Source: an uncultured Candidatus Saccharibacteria bacterium (lineage in GTDB: Bacteria; Patescibacteriota; Minisyncoccia; Phycocordibacterales; CAYSCM01). From it: a stretch of 64,000 bases of DNA. Below the pieces are notes generated by a model. The model did not search any database, had not been told where the DNA came from, and saw only the letters and a program-made list of their open reading frames with translations. Made by a program: the position numbers and the translations under genes. Below, piece after piece: positions 11,667-21,184 of this stretch. Numbering within the stretch: position 1 is the stretch's first letter; each line of letters opens with the position of its first letter. The DNA lies in contig CAYSCM010000001.1 in the NCBI GenBank assembly GCA_964429815.1, forward strand, positions 320,001-384,000, in the 5' to 3' direction.

Positions 11667-12590
11667 ATGTGGACGGCGACAAAGCGCATCATACGGGGCG
11701 GGTTCATAGGATTCCTTCGCAACGGGTTCGTCTCTCTCGCCTCTATCCTCGTCATGACCGTGACCCTCTTTGTAATAGGGTCGCTTTTGTTTTTGGGAGC
11801 TATTTTCAACGCGTCGCTCCAAGAGCTTAAGGACAAAGTCGACGTGAACGTCTATTTCGTAACGACAGCTCCGGAAGACTCCATCCTCGCGCTCAAAAAA
11901 GACCTAGAGGCGCTTCCGGAGGTAAAAGGGGTGACCTACACGAGCCGGGAACAGGCCCTTGCCACGTTTCAAGAGCGCCACAAGGACGACCAGCTCACCA
12001 TCCAGGCGCTCCAGGAACTCGACAACAACCCACTCGGCGCGTCGCTCTCCATCAAGGCAAAAGAGACCTCACAGTACGAAGGTATCGCGAAGTTTCTAGA
12101 AAGCGGCTCGGCGCTCGGAAAGGACGGCACACCGATCATCGACAAGGTGAACTACTTCCAAAACAAATCGGCGATAGACAAACTCTCCTCGATCATCGAT
12201 TCCGCCAACAAAGTAGGGCTCGCCGTCACGCTTATCCTCATCGTCGCCTCCATCATCATTACCTTCAATACTATCCGGCTTGCTATCTATACGAGTCGCG
12301 AGGAAATCTCGGTGATGCGGCTCGTCGGTGCTTCTACCATGTATGTGCGCGGGCCATTTGTTTTCGCGGGCGTTCTCTACGGGCTCATTGCGGCGCTCGT
12401 GACGTTGCTTCTCTTCTATCCACTCGCGCTTTCCTTGGGGCCAGCTACGGAGCGTTTTTTCGGCAGCATCAACATCTTTTCCTACTACGCCTCGAATTTT
12501 GCCCACCTGTTCCTTGTCATAACGCTCTCCGGCGTTATTCTCGGCGGAGTGTCAAGCTATCTTGCGGTCCGAAAATACCTTAAGGTGTAG
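11667..12590 (+). CDS. ftsX: cell division permease-like protein FtsX
   Basis: 307 aa; FtsX topology (TM1, large periplasmic loop, 3 C-terminal TMs); follows ftsE. Confidence 0.85.
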   Translation: MWTATKRIIRGGFIGFLRNGFVSLASILVMTVTLFVIGSLLFLGAIFNASLQELKDKVDVNVYFVTTAPEDSILALKKDLEALPEVKGVTYTSREQALATFQERHKDDQLTIQALQELDNNPLGASLSIKAKETSQYEGIAKFLESGSALGKDGTPIIDKVNYFQNKSAIDKLSSIIDSANKVGLAVTLILIVASIIITFNTIRLAIYTSREEISVMRLVGASTMYVRGPFVFAGVLYGLIAALVTLLLFYPLALSLGPATERFFGSINIFSYYASNFAHLFLVITLSGVILGGVSSYLAVRKYLKV

Positions 12591-12619
12591 GCATACGGGA
12601 GCAATGGCAGAACGTCGGC

Positions 12620-14278
12620 ATGACCAAGAAGGGACATAAATACATTTTCGTGATAGGGGGCGTCATGTCGGGAGTCGGCAAAGGCATCGCCGCCTCCTCG
12701 ATCGGCAAAATCCTTCAAGCGAAGGGTTTTATTGTAAATCCCGTCAAAATCGACCCCTACCTCAATGTCGATGCGGGCACCATGAACCCGACCGAGCACG
12801 GGGAAGTCTTCGTGCTTCGGAGCGGACTTGAGACCGATCAGGACATGGGCAACTACGAGCGTTTCATGGAGCTCGATCTCACGAGCGAGGATTACATGAC
12901 CTCGGGCATGGTCTATCAATCGGTTATCAAGCGTGAGCGCAGTCTCGGCTATCGGGGGAAGTGTGTTGAGGCGATTCCCCATGTACGCGATGAAATTATC
13001 GGACGTATTGAGGAGGCTGCGAAAAAAAATGGCTCCCAGATCTCCATTATCGAAATTGGGGGCACCATCGGCGATTTCCAAAACGCTCTCTATATAGAGG
13101 CGGCACGCATCATGAAGATGGAGCACCCTGATGACGTGCTCTTCATCATGGTCTCTTATTTGCCGGTACCCGGGAAGCTCGGCGAGATGAAGACAAAACC
13201 AACGCAAAATGCCGTACGTCAGCTCAATTCCTACGGCATCCAGCCGGACATAATCCTCGCACGAAGTGCGGTGCCCCTCGACCGTAAACGCAAAGAGAAA
13301 CTTGCTATCTGGTGTAACGTGCGTGCCGATCATGTCATCTCCGCGCCTGATATCGAAAGTATTTATGAAGTACCGCTCAATTTCGAAAAGGACGGACTCG
13401 GAGACATACTCCTCGAACAGCTCAAAATAAAGGCCGCAGGGCGCAAGTCCGATCTCCGCGCATGGAAAAATTTTGTCACCAAGATCCTCAACGGAAAAAC
13501 CGAGCTTCAGGTGGCGATCGTGGGCAAGTATTTCGATACGGGGGATTTCGTCCTCTCCGATGCCTACATATCCGTCATCGAGGCTATTAAATTCTCTGCC
13601 GCCAAGCTCGGTGTGCGGGCGAAAGTGTCCTGGCTCAACTCAAAAGATTTCCAAAATGGTGCGGCAAAACTCGCATCTCTCAAAAAATTCCACGGCATTA
13701 TCGTCCCAGGTGGTTTTGGGGAAACTGGCATCGAAGGAAAAATAGCGGTTATTCGCTATGCACGCGAGAACAAAATTCCCTACTTTGGGCTCTGCTACGG
13801 CATGCAGCTTGCCGTCGTCGAATTTGCCCGCAATGTATTGAAGCTCAAGGGCGCTCATACGCGGGAGATCGACAGCAATCCTACGCATCCGGTCATTGAC
13901 ATCATGCAAGATCAAAAAAAGAAACTCGCTCAAGATGATTACGGCGGCTCCATGCGGCTTGGCGTCTATCCGGCCCACCTCAAGCTGAGAACGCTAGCAC
14001 GGGAGGCCTATAGGAGGGACATGATCGAAGAGCGTCATCGGCATCGCTACGAGGTGAACCCCGACTACGTGGCGAAATTCGACGGCTCCGACATGCTTTT
14101 CTCCGGCGTCTCGCCGGATGGGGTTCTCATGGAAATCATGGAGCTCAAAAAAACTGTCCATCCGTTTTTCCTGGGCACTCAGTTCCACCCAGAGCTTCAG
14201 GCGCGCCCGCTCCACCCCCACCCGCTCTTTACGGCTTTTCTCGCCGCCGCGCTTTCTCGCAAAAAGCGCTCGCGATAA
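12620..14278 (+). CDS. pyrG: CTP synthase
   Basis: 552 aa; N-terminal KYIFVIGGVMSGVGKGI, C-terminal glutamine amidotransferase GLCYGMQ. Confidence 0.95.
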   Translation: MTKKGHKYIFVIGGVMSGVGKGIAASSIGKILQAKGFIVNPVKIDPYLNVDAGTMNPTEHGEVFVLRSGLETDQDMGNYERFMELDLTSEDYMTSGMVYQSVIKRERSLGYRGKCVEAIPHVRDEIIGRIEEAAKKNGSQISIIEIGGTIGDFQNALYIEAARIMKMEHPDDVLFIMVSYLPVPGKLGEMKTKPTQNAVRQLNSYGIQPDIILARSAVPLDRKRKEKLAIWCNVRADHVISAPDIESIYEVPLNFEKDGLGDILLEQLKIKAAGRKSDLRAWKNFVTKILNGKTELQVAIVGKYFDTGDFVLSDAYISVIEAIKFSAAKLGVRAKVSWLNSKDFQNGAAKLASLKKFHGIIVPGGFGETGIEGKIAVIRYARENKIPYFGLCYGMQLAVVEFARNVLKLKGAHTREIDSNPTHPVIDIMQDQKKKLAQDDYGGSMRLGVYPAHLKLRTLAREAYRRDMIEERHRHRYEVNPDYVAKFDGSDMLFSGVSPDGVLMEIMELKKTVHPFFLGTQFHPELQARPLHPHPLFTAFLAAALSRKKRSR

Positions 14279-14287
14279 ACTGGGGAG

Positions 14288-14560
14288 GTGGCGACTATAG
14301 AAAAAAGGATATGGCCAGGGAACTTCGAAGAGGTCCTCTCCGGCAAAAAGACGTATGAGCCGAGACTCCAGGATTTTGTAGTTGAGCCGGGAGATACGCT
14401 CATCTTGCGAGAGTGGGATCCTAAATTAGGCGAATATACAGGACGTAAAATCAAGAAAAAAGTTTCTCAGGTTTCTAAACTTTCTGCAAAGGAGCTTCGA
14501 AAGTATTGGACCCAAGAGCAAATAGAGCACTACGGGCTTCAAATAATCCATTTCACCTAA
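14288..14560 (+). CDS. DUF3850 (ASCH-like) domain protein
   Basis: 90 aa; EEVLSGKKTYEPRLQDF...GDTLILREWDPKLGEYTGR matches the DUF3850 pattern. Confidence 0.6.
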   Translation: MATIEKRIWPGNFEEVLSGKKTYEPRLQDFVVEPGDTLILREWDPKLGEYTGRKIKKKVSQVSKLSAKELRKYWTQEQIEHYGLQIIHFT

Positions 14561-14661
14561 CGCCGTCTTGATGCGGCGTTTCTCGCCCTTGTCGCGCTCG
14601 GCTTCCAGAACTGTAGCGCGATGGCGGGACGTGCTGCGAATAACGGGGCTATACTACTCTC

Positions 14662-16032
14662 ATGCAAGAGTTCGGGAAGAGGATAGCGCAGGGGTATGAG
14701 CGGTTGTTTTCTATAGAAGAAATACGCGCCACCCCTCTCCTCCAGTGGATGTTCGGAGCCATGCTCCTTTTTTTCTTTTATTCTTTCTCCATCTGGCTCT
14801 TCACGGGCGCTGGCACGCAGGAGGCATATAGAAGCGGTGCGGTCGTGTGCTGGCCGTATTTCCCCGATTGCGGCAACTATGCGCTCTTTCACGATCTCTA
14901 CGTCGACTATTCGAAGGGCATTTTCTACATGCTCCTCTACGCGATACTCCTCGCCATCGTGTGGTGCATGTGGAAAGGGAGATGGGCGGCCGCGCATGCA
15001 CTCATGGTCATTCTGTTCCTATGGCAGGCGCTGTTCTCGCTTGTCTTTGCCTACACAATGACGGGGCCGCCGTACTACTACCATCTTTTTTTGACCGCCA
15101 TCCTCCTCTTTGTTCCGTTTAAAGAGTATTTTTTACGAGTCGCCTTTGTTCTCTTGTATTTTCTCTCGGCCACCATTAAATTCGACAGCGGATGGGTACT
15201 CGGTACCGAATTTACGACGCTCAAGACCGGTCTCCCGCTTTTCTCCGACGCGCTGACCCCCATTTTTACCAACATCGTCATCTTTTCGCAGGTGGTCCTG
15301 TGTTGGTTTTTGCTATCGAGCCGTCCAAAGCTGCAGCGCGGAGCGCTCCTATTTTTCGTATTCTTTCACTGGTACTCCGGGATTTTCGTCGGATACCTCT
15401 TCCCGACCATCGCCCTCGTGCCGCTTCTCATTCTCTTCGGGCCGATGTATCGGCCGCTTCCGGCGCCGTTTGACAAACGTGCGCTCCCCGGCGTTTTCGT
15501 GCTCGGGCTCATGATCGCGTTCCATGCTGTCGGGTTCCTCATCCCTGGGGATCGTCGCATGACGCTCGAGGGGAGCCGGTACGGATTTTTCATGTTCGAT
15601 GCGAATTATCAATGCCGCATGAACGTGACTATCTACAGCGACCTGAGGCCTCTGCCTCCCTCAGGGCTTGAGGCGTGGGACAATCCGCTCGGTACGCGCT
15701 GCTACGATTTCTATTGTCTTGTCGGTGTTCATGGAAGCTCGACTAAACACGAGCTTGTGCGGAACGAACGTTACGAGTCAAATTTTTCCCAGCACAGCTG
15801 CGACCCGTACGAATGGTGGGCCCGGTATCGGCCGCAATGCGCCGCTTCGTCGACCAGACGGATTTCTCTTCAATTCGACAATTCAGTAAACGGCAGCCCG
15901 TACTACCGCATCGTCGATGTCGATAATGTCTGCGCTCTCGACTACAGACCATTTAGCAGAAACGAATGGATCAAAGAGCCACCGGAAGCTCCTGTCGTCG
16001 GATATCCGGTCAAGGACGTATATCGCTATTGA
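14662..16032 (+). CDS. polytopic membrane protein with C-terminal Cys-rich extracytoplasmic domain
   Basis: 456 aa; about 9 TM helices, then 10 Cys in the last about 150 aa. Confidence 0.55.
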   Translation: MQEFGKRIAQGYERLFSIEEIRATPLLQWMFGAMLLFFFYSFSIWLFTGAGTQEAYRSGAVVCWPYFPDCGNYALFHDLYVDYSKGIFYMLLYAILLAIVWCMWKGRWAAAHALMVILFLWQALFSLVFAYTMTGPPYYYHLFLTAILLFVPFKEYFLRVAFVLLYFLSATIKFDSGWVLGTEFTTLKTGLPLFSDALTPIFTNIVIFSQVVLCWFLLSSRPKLQRGALLFFVFFHWYSGIFVGYLFPTIALVPLLILFGPMYRPLPAPFDKRALPGVFVLGLMIAFHAVGFLIPGDRRMTLEGSRYGFFMFDANYQCRMNVTIYSDLRPLPPSGLEAWDNPLGTRCYDFYCLVGVHGSSTKHELVRNERYESNFSQHSCDPYEWWARYRPQCAASSTRRISLQFDNSVNGSPYYRIVDVDNVCALDYRPFSRNEWIKEPPEAPVVGYPVKDVYRY

Positions 16033-16262
16033 TATGAATGTCTCAACCACGACGCTTCTCGTGCAAAAATCTTTCGCGGGGAATCCCCCGGTCGAGCTCA
16101 ACGCGCTCCAGCGCTTCCTCGAGCCGCATGCGACGACCATCGTTCATGCGTGGGTCGTACTCTGGATCCTAACCGCTCTGTTCGTTTTGTTGAAACTGCA
16201 TCGAGACTATCGTTCTCGTAGATAGAAAAAAGACGAAGACATGCTAGAATCACGCCGTTATA

Positions 16263-16333
16263 TTGCGGGATCGTCTAATGGTAGGACACCAGGTTCTGGC
16301 CCTGGTAATCTAGGTTCGAGCCCTAGTCCCGCA
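16263..16333 (+). tRNA. tRNA-Gln (CUG)
   Basis: UGCGGGA...CCAGG-UUCUGGC-CCUGG...CUAGG-UUCGAGC-CCUAG-UCCCGCA-G; U1:A72 as in bacterial tRNA-Gln. Confidence 0.85.
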
Positions 16334-16447
16334 GCAGCAGTCAGCGCAGTATCGTGCGAGACCGGAGAGCCTCAGAACTCAAAGGTCCGCCGATTCGCTG
16401 AATGTACTATTCCGTTATTGCATATCCGGTGAGTCCGGTATTCAGAA

Positions 16448-16480
16448 CAAAAATCGCCCCTTACAGGGCGATTTTTGTTG
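16448..16480. terminator. bidirectional intrinsic terminator between tRNA-Gln and recombinase gene
   Basis: aaaaatcgcccc-ttac-agggcgatttttgtt; A/T runs on both sides. Confidence 0.75.
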
Positions 16481-16493
16481 GCCGACTATTTCT

Positions 16494-17825
16494 CTAGAGA
16501 TATCTTTTTGCTTTTAATGTGATTCTGGTTTTAAGAGTTCCTAGCAGTTCACGCTTCTCAAGAACATCGCCTTCTGTCAGGACATGTCTCACATAATGCC
16601 GTGCATCGAAGTGTTCCTCGACACGCTGCGGTGATTGCTGCCCCAAGAACATTCTTTGGAATTTCTTAGCTCGGGCGCGTTCCTCCTCAAATTTCTTGCG
16701 AATTATCGGCTCATTGAGTTCTAATTTATCTATCTGCTCTATGAGTTGTCGGACAAGCTCCTCTTCGCGAATGTAACCGGCGGCTCTACAGGCGCGATCC
16801 TTTGAGCGATTGCATCCGTAGTACAGGTACGTGGCAGTCGTGCCCGTGCTTTTGATGAGTTTGTGCTTCTCCTCGGCGCAGACACCCGAGCCGCACGCTC
16901 CGCAGGTGATGAGTCGTGTGAAGGCGAACTCCTTGGACTCACCGCGCACAATTCTGTCGCGCTTGAGTTGTGCCAGCACCTTTTCATACAGTTCACGGGT
17001 GATTATCGGTTCGTGTTTGCCCGTGTACCATTTGCCGCTCCCGATTGGGTACTCAAACTGTCCGAAGTAGAACGGCGTCTGCAGGATTTTGTAAATGTTA
17101 CTCAAAGTCAGAGGCTTATTGCTCGTTGCGCTTCGGAAATTCATATCGAACTTGAGCCAGTGATAGAGCTTTTGCCCAGACCATTTCTCGTATGCGACCT
17201 TCTCGAACATCTGCCGAACGACTGGTGCACGGTCGGGGTCGACCATGACGTACCCCTTCCGGTCGACACGTTTCTCGTTGAGGTAGCCGGTCGGCGCAGG
17301 CGCAGGCCATAAGCCCATCTCACAGCGCATGCGGAGGCCTCGCTTCACATTCACACTTTTGTTGTCGTTCTCAAGCTTTGCCTGACTGCACAAAATCATG
17401 AGAAGAAATTTCTCACTCGGTGAATTTGTGAACTTCTGGCCGTATGTTCGGATCTCGACGAGAAGTTTTTGGTCCATCAAGTCCACCAGACTCCCGAGGT
17501 CGCCTGCGTTGCGGCTCAGGCGGTCTGGGTTCCAGGTGAGTACACCGTTGAACCGTCCGGAGCGGATGTCTTTGAGAATCTCATTGAACACAGGCCGCTG
17601 GCCGGAGTCCTTCGCAGAGTGTGCTTCACGCCGGATGTCCACGATCTCGATGCCATCACGCTCCGCGATCTCGAGCATTTCCTTCACCTGAGAGTCGATG
17701 GACAGTGCCTGTTTTTCGCTCGTGTCCTCAGTCGACTTTCGAGCGTAGAGTACATACTTAACTGGTACTGCTAATTGCGGCACGAAAGTGCCTGGAGCTC
17801 TAGCCCCTCGGGTTATGGTTTCCAT
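16494..17825 (-). CDS. large serine recombinase (resolvase/integrase family)
   Basis: 443 aa; N-terminal resolvase domain YARKSTEDTSEKQALSIDSQ (catalytic Ser), recombinase domain, zinc-ribbon CGACGSGVC...YYGC. Confidence 0.9.
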   Translation of the reverse strand: METITRGARAPGTFVPQLAVPVKYVLYARKSTEDTSEKQALSIDSQVKEMLEIAERDGIEIVDIRREAHSAKDSGQRPVFNEILKDIRSGRFNGVLTWNPDRLSRNAGDLGSLVDLMDQKLLVEIRTYGQKFTNSPSEKFLLMILCSQAKLENDNKSVNVKRGLRMRCEMGLWPAPAPTGYLNEKRVDRKGYVMVDPDRAPVVRQMFEKVAYEKWSGQKLYHWLKFDMNFRSATSNKPLTLSNIYKILQTPFYFGQFEYPIGSGKWYTGKHEPIITRELYEKVLAQLKRDRIVRGESKEFAFTRLITCGACGSGVCAEEKHKLIKSTGTTATYLYYGCNRSKDRACRAAGYIREEELVRQLIEQIDKLELNEPIIRKKFEEERARAKKFQRMFLGQQSPQRVEEHFDARHYVRHVLTEGDVLEKRELLGTLKTRITLKAKRYL

Positions 17826-17917
17826 ATACCCAAAGGAATGACGCCTCCCGCCAGGAAGTCCAACGTCTAAGTTGGTAACCTTCAGAGCCGATTTGACTTT
17901 GATTCATTTGATGCATT

Positions 17918-18229
17918 ATGATGGTAGGTATGGAAGATTCAGTTTCAGGGTACAAAGCAGTTAAACGGCTCGCGGTAGAGCGGCCTGATTGGCTCCCTAT
18001 CATTCGAGAGTGCTTGAATTTGCGGAAAGAGATTCACAACACTGACTTTGCTGGCGCATGGGTATATCAGCGTCTTCAAGAGAAGGGCGGACCGAAATTT
18101 TCAAATCTGCGTCTTCTTGTTAGCTTTGGCATCTTGAAGAAAGAGGCGACCTCACGCGGTGGTCGACGCGCGTACTACTCCTTCGTCGATCCTGAGGGTG
18201 TCGAGAAAGCATTAAGCGAGCTTTCATAA
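17918..18229 (+). CDS. hypothetical small protein (possible DNA-binding/controller) upstream of methyltransferase
   Basis: 103 aa; ends 5 nt before MTase start. Confidence 0.4.
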   Translation: MMVGMEDSVSGYKAVKRLAVERPDWLPIIRECLNLRKEIHNTDFAGAWVYQRLQEKGGPKFSNLRLLVSFGILKKEATSRGGRRAYYSFVDPEGVEKALSELS

Positions 18230-18233
18230 TTTT

Positions 18234-19331
18234 ATGAAAGTCAAAGTTGCGAACACAAGCCTACACGGCGCAAAGAAAGCGAAAAAAGACGAGTTCTACA
18301 CTCAACTCGTTGATATTGAAAAAGAGCTGAAGCACTACAAAAACCAGTTTCGCGGCAAAGTCGTGTACTGCAACTGTGACGACCCGTTCGAAAGCAACTT
18401 TTTCAAATACTTTGCCGCAAATTTCAACGCGCTTGAGTTGAAAAAACTTATCACGACGAGCTTCGTCAAATCGCCTATCGCTGGTGGGCAGTTGCCGCTT
18501 TTTGAAATGCAGGGGCTAAAACCCGACGGCAAAGAACCGTTTAAAATTGCAATACGGGAGGTCCCAGACGCGGACGGCGACGGTGCAATCAATCTTGATG
18601 ATGTGAAGTATCTACTGCAGCACGACAAGAACACAGCAACCCCGCTGAAAGGAAACGGCGATTTCCGCAGCGATGAATGCATGGAATTTCTTAAAGAGGC
18701 AGACATCGTCGTGACAAACCCGCCATTCTCACTTTTTCGTGAATACATTTCGCAACTGGTAGAACACAACAAAAAATTCCTGATCATCGGCAACATCAAC
18801 GCCGTCACCTACAAAGAAGTGTTCCCTTTGATTAAGGCAAACAAACTATGGCTCGGTGCAAGTATCCATAGTGGGGACCGCGAGTTCCGAGTGCCGGAGG
18901 ACTACCCGCTAAACGCAGCTGGCTACCGAGTTGACAGCGACGGAAACAAATATATTCGCGTCAAAGGTGTGCGCTGGTTTACCAATCTCGATTACGACGA
19001 ACGCCACGACAGCGTTGTGCTTTACAAAAAGTATTCGCCAAAAGAATATCCTAAATACGATAACTACGACGCCATAAATGTGAACAAAACTGTTGATATT
19101 CCCATGGACTATAAAGGCGCTATCGGTGTACCAATTACTTTCCTTGATAAATACAGCCCCGACCAATTTACAATTCTAGGCGCACTAATCTCTGGTCCAC
19201 TTGGACAAGAGCTAGGAGCGACCAAAACAAAACAGATCAGGCCAAACGGAAAAACGACAATGGAATACGGGCCTATTATCAAGACGAAGGGTTATTACGG
19301 AAGGATTGTCATTAAAAATAAAACGCTATGA
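18234..19331 (+). CDS. M.EcoRI-family N6-adenine DNA methyltransferase
   Basis: 365 aa; N-terminus KKAKKDEFYTQ...KVVYCNCDDP...FFKYFA and IVVTNPPFS (motif IV); collinear with M.EcoRI as recalled. Confidence 0.9.
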   Translation: MKVKVANTSLHGAKKAKKDEFYTQLVDIEKELKHYKNQFRGKVVYCNCDDPFESNFFKYFAANFNALELKKLITTSFVKSPIAGGQLPLFEMQGLKPDGKEPFKIAIREVPDADGDGAINLDDVKYLLQHDKNTATPLKGNGDFRSDECMEFLKEADIVVTNPPFSLFREYISQLVEHNKKFLIIGNINAVTYKEVFPLIKANKLWLGASIHSGDREFRVPEDYPLNAAGYRVDSDGNKYIRVKGVRWFTNLDYDERHDSVVLYKKYSPKEYPKYDNYDAINVNKTVDIPMDYKGAIGVPITFLDKYSPDQFTILGALISGPLGQELGATKTKQIRPNGKTTMEYGPIIKTKGYYGRIVIKNKTL

Positions 19332-20419
19332 AAATCGAGCTACAAAAAATAAAAATACGCGATGTCGTGAATGGCTACAAAGACAGCGCCGAGGAAGGCG
19401 TCGTAGCGTATGGTGGTAAGCTCGATATTCGTCCAAAGTACCAGCGTGAGTTCATCTACAAAGACAAACAGCGCGATGCGGTGCTTGATACGGTCAAGAA
19501 AGGATTTCCACTCAACGTTATGTATTGGATGGTGCGGGAGGACGGCGGTTATGAAGTGCTCGACGGCCAACAGCGCACCATCAGCATCGGCCAGTATGTC
19601 AATGGTGATTTCTCGCTCGGCGACCGCTATTTCCACAATCTCATCAAGGAGGAGCAAGAGCAGATTTTGAGCTACGAGCTGATGATTTATTTCTGTGAGG
19701 GCACAGATAAGGAACGGCTCGACTGGTTTAGGACAATCAACATCGCGGGCGAAAAGTTAACAGACCAAGAGCTTCGCAATGCTGTATACACTGGCCCTTG
19801 GCTTTCAGACGCAAAACTCAAATTCAGCAAGACGGGCTGTGCTGCCTATCACTTGGCAAACGACGGTGGGGCGCTCGTCAGTGGCTCGCCGATCCGACAG
19901 GAGTATTTGGAAACTGCACTCTCATGGATAAACAAGGGTGAGGTTGCGGCCTACATGGCGAAGCATCAGCATGACAAAGACGCTGAGAAACTATGGACTT
20001 ACTTCCAAGACGTAATTGGGTGGGCGCGAAAGACGTTCCCCAACTACCGCAAGGAAATGGCGCATGTGAACTGGGGTGAACTATACAATGAGTTCAAAGA
20101 CAAGAAACTGAATGCCGCCAAACTCGAAACCGAAGTCAAGAAACTAATGCAGGACGAGGATGTAACGAAAAAGTCCGGCATCTATCCGTATGTTTTGACC
20201 GGCAACGAGCGCGAACTTTCTATCCGCGCGTTCACCGACAAAATGAAGCGCGAGGCATACGAGCGACAAGACGGCGTCTGTCCGTTTTGCAAAAAGAAGT
20301 TTGACGTTTCAGAAATGGAAGCCGACCACATCACGCCATGGCATGAGGGCGGAAAAACAACAGCTGAAAACTGCCAGATGCTCTGCAAGCAAGATAACCG
20401 GACAAAGTCCGGGAAATGA
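19328..20419 (+). CDS. DUF262 (ParB-like nuclease-fold) protein with C-terminal HNH endonuclease domain
   Basis: 363 aa; IRPKYQREF and DGQQRT DUF262 motifs; C-terminal CPFCKKKF...ADHITPWHEGG...NCQMLCKQDN HNH; start overlaps MTase stop (ATGA). Confidence 0.85.
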   Translation: MKIELQKIKIRDVVNGYKDSAEEGVVAYGGKLDIRPKYQREFIYKDKQRDAVLDTVKKGFPLNVMYWMVREDGGYEVLDGQQRTISIGQYVNGDFSLGDRYFHNLIKEEQEQILSYELMIYFCEGTDKERLDWFRTINIAGEKLTDQELRNAVYTGPWLSDAKLKFSKTGCAAYHLANDGGALVSGSPIRQEYLETALSWINKGEVAAYMAKHQHDKDAEKLWTYFQDVIGWARKTFPNYRKEMAHVNWGELYNEFKDKKLNAAKLETEVKKLMQDEDVTKKSGIYPYVLTGNERELSIRAFTDKMKREAYERQDGVCPFCKKKFDVSEMEADHITPWHEGGKTTAENCQMLCKQDNRTKSGK

Positions 20420-20476
20420 ATCGAGAAGTCATCGAAAAAAACATGGCGACGAAATGACACAGACCATAAATATCCC

Positions 20477-21184
20477 ATGATAGAGCTACCATCTTGGCTT
20501 AAGATTGGAAAAATAATCGAAAAACTCGATTTCTCCAATTGGTTTAGTCGCCAGTTAAGAGATGATCAGCGTAAGTATGTGGGTGGGGACTACATCGAGA
20601 AAGTGGAAATACATAACCACGCTCCTTCAGGCACCATCGAGGAAGATCCGCTGGCCAGAGGACTGTATACGCTTGGTTTGGAAAGACGGCAGGTAGACAC
20701 GTACGGGGGCTTCTTCAATAGTTTTTATCTAGAAGTAGAGAAGAGACGGGAGCGTCAAATAACGAGAAGTGCTCATACCATGCTATTGGGTGCGGTTTTT
20801 GCCGTCGGGACAAAGTATCAAAACAATCCTGAGTGGAAAGAACACTGCTCATCGTCATTACGTGAAATATTCCACGAGTGGAGTGGCCCAGATGAATTCA
20901 GGCGGGACCTTGTTTCTGTCTACAACCACAGCAACGCAAAAGGAGGGCTTGCAACAGACGAGGAGGATAGTCTAACGTCATTTTGGCTTCTGTATCGATA
21001 TTTCTCTAGTATAGATCATCATCAAGCATCCGGAATACTGCACGCTCTACGCGCATTTCTTAGAGATAGCTCGCTTAAAATCGAGGACTGCGTGAATGAC
21101 GATATTTTTATTGAGAGAGCAAAAGATTTCTTCTCACATTTATCTCGTATTTCTGAAATCGCAAAGAAACGTACTGAACCATGA
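20477..21184 (+). CDS. hypothetical protein (no recognisable domain), upstream partner of 998-aa protein
   Basis: 235 aa; stop overlaps next start (ATGA). Confidence 0.6.
   Translation: MIELPSWLKIGKIIEKLDFSNWFSRQLRDDQRKYVGGDYIEKVEIHNHAPSGTIEEDPLARGLYTLGLERRQVDTYGGFFNSFYLEVEKRRERQITRSAHTMLLGAVFAVGTKYQNNPEWKEHCSSSLREIFHEWSGPDEFRRDLVSVYNHSNAKGGLATDEEDSLTSFWLLYRYFSSIDHHQASGILHALRAFLRDSSLKIEDCVNDDIFIERAKDFFSHLSRISEIAKKRTEP

Noticed and set aside
12557-13333. 258-aa minus-strand ORF
   Set aside because: Antisense within pyrG; no motifs.
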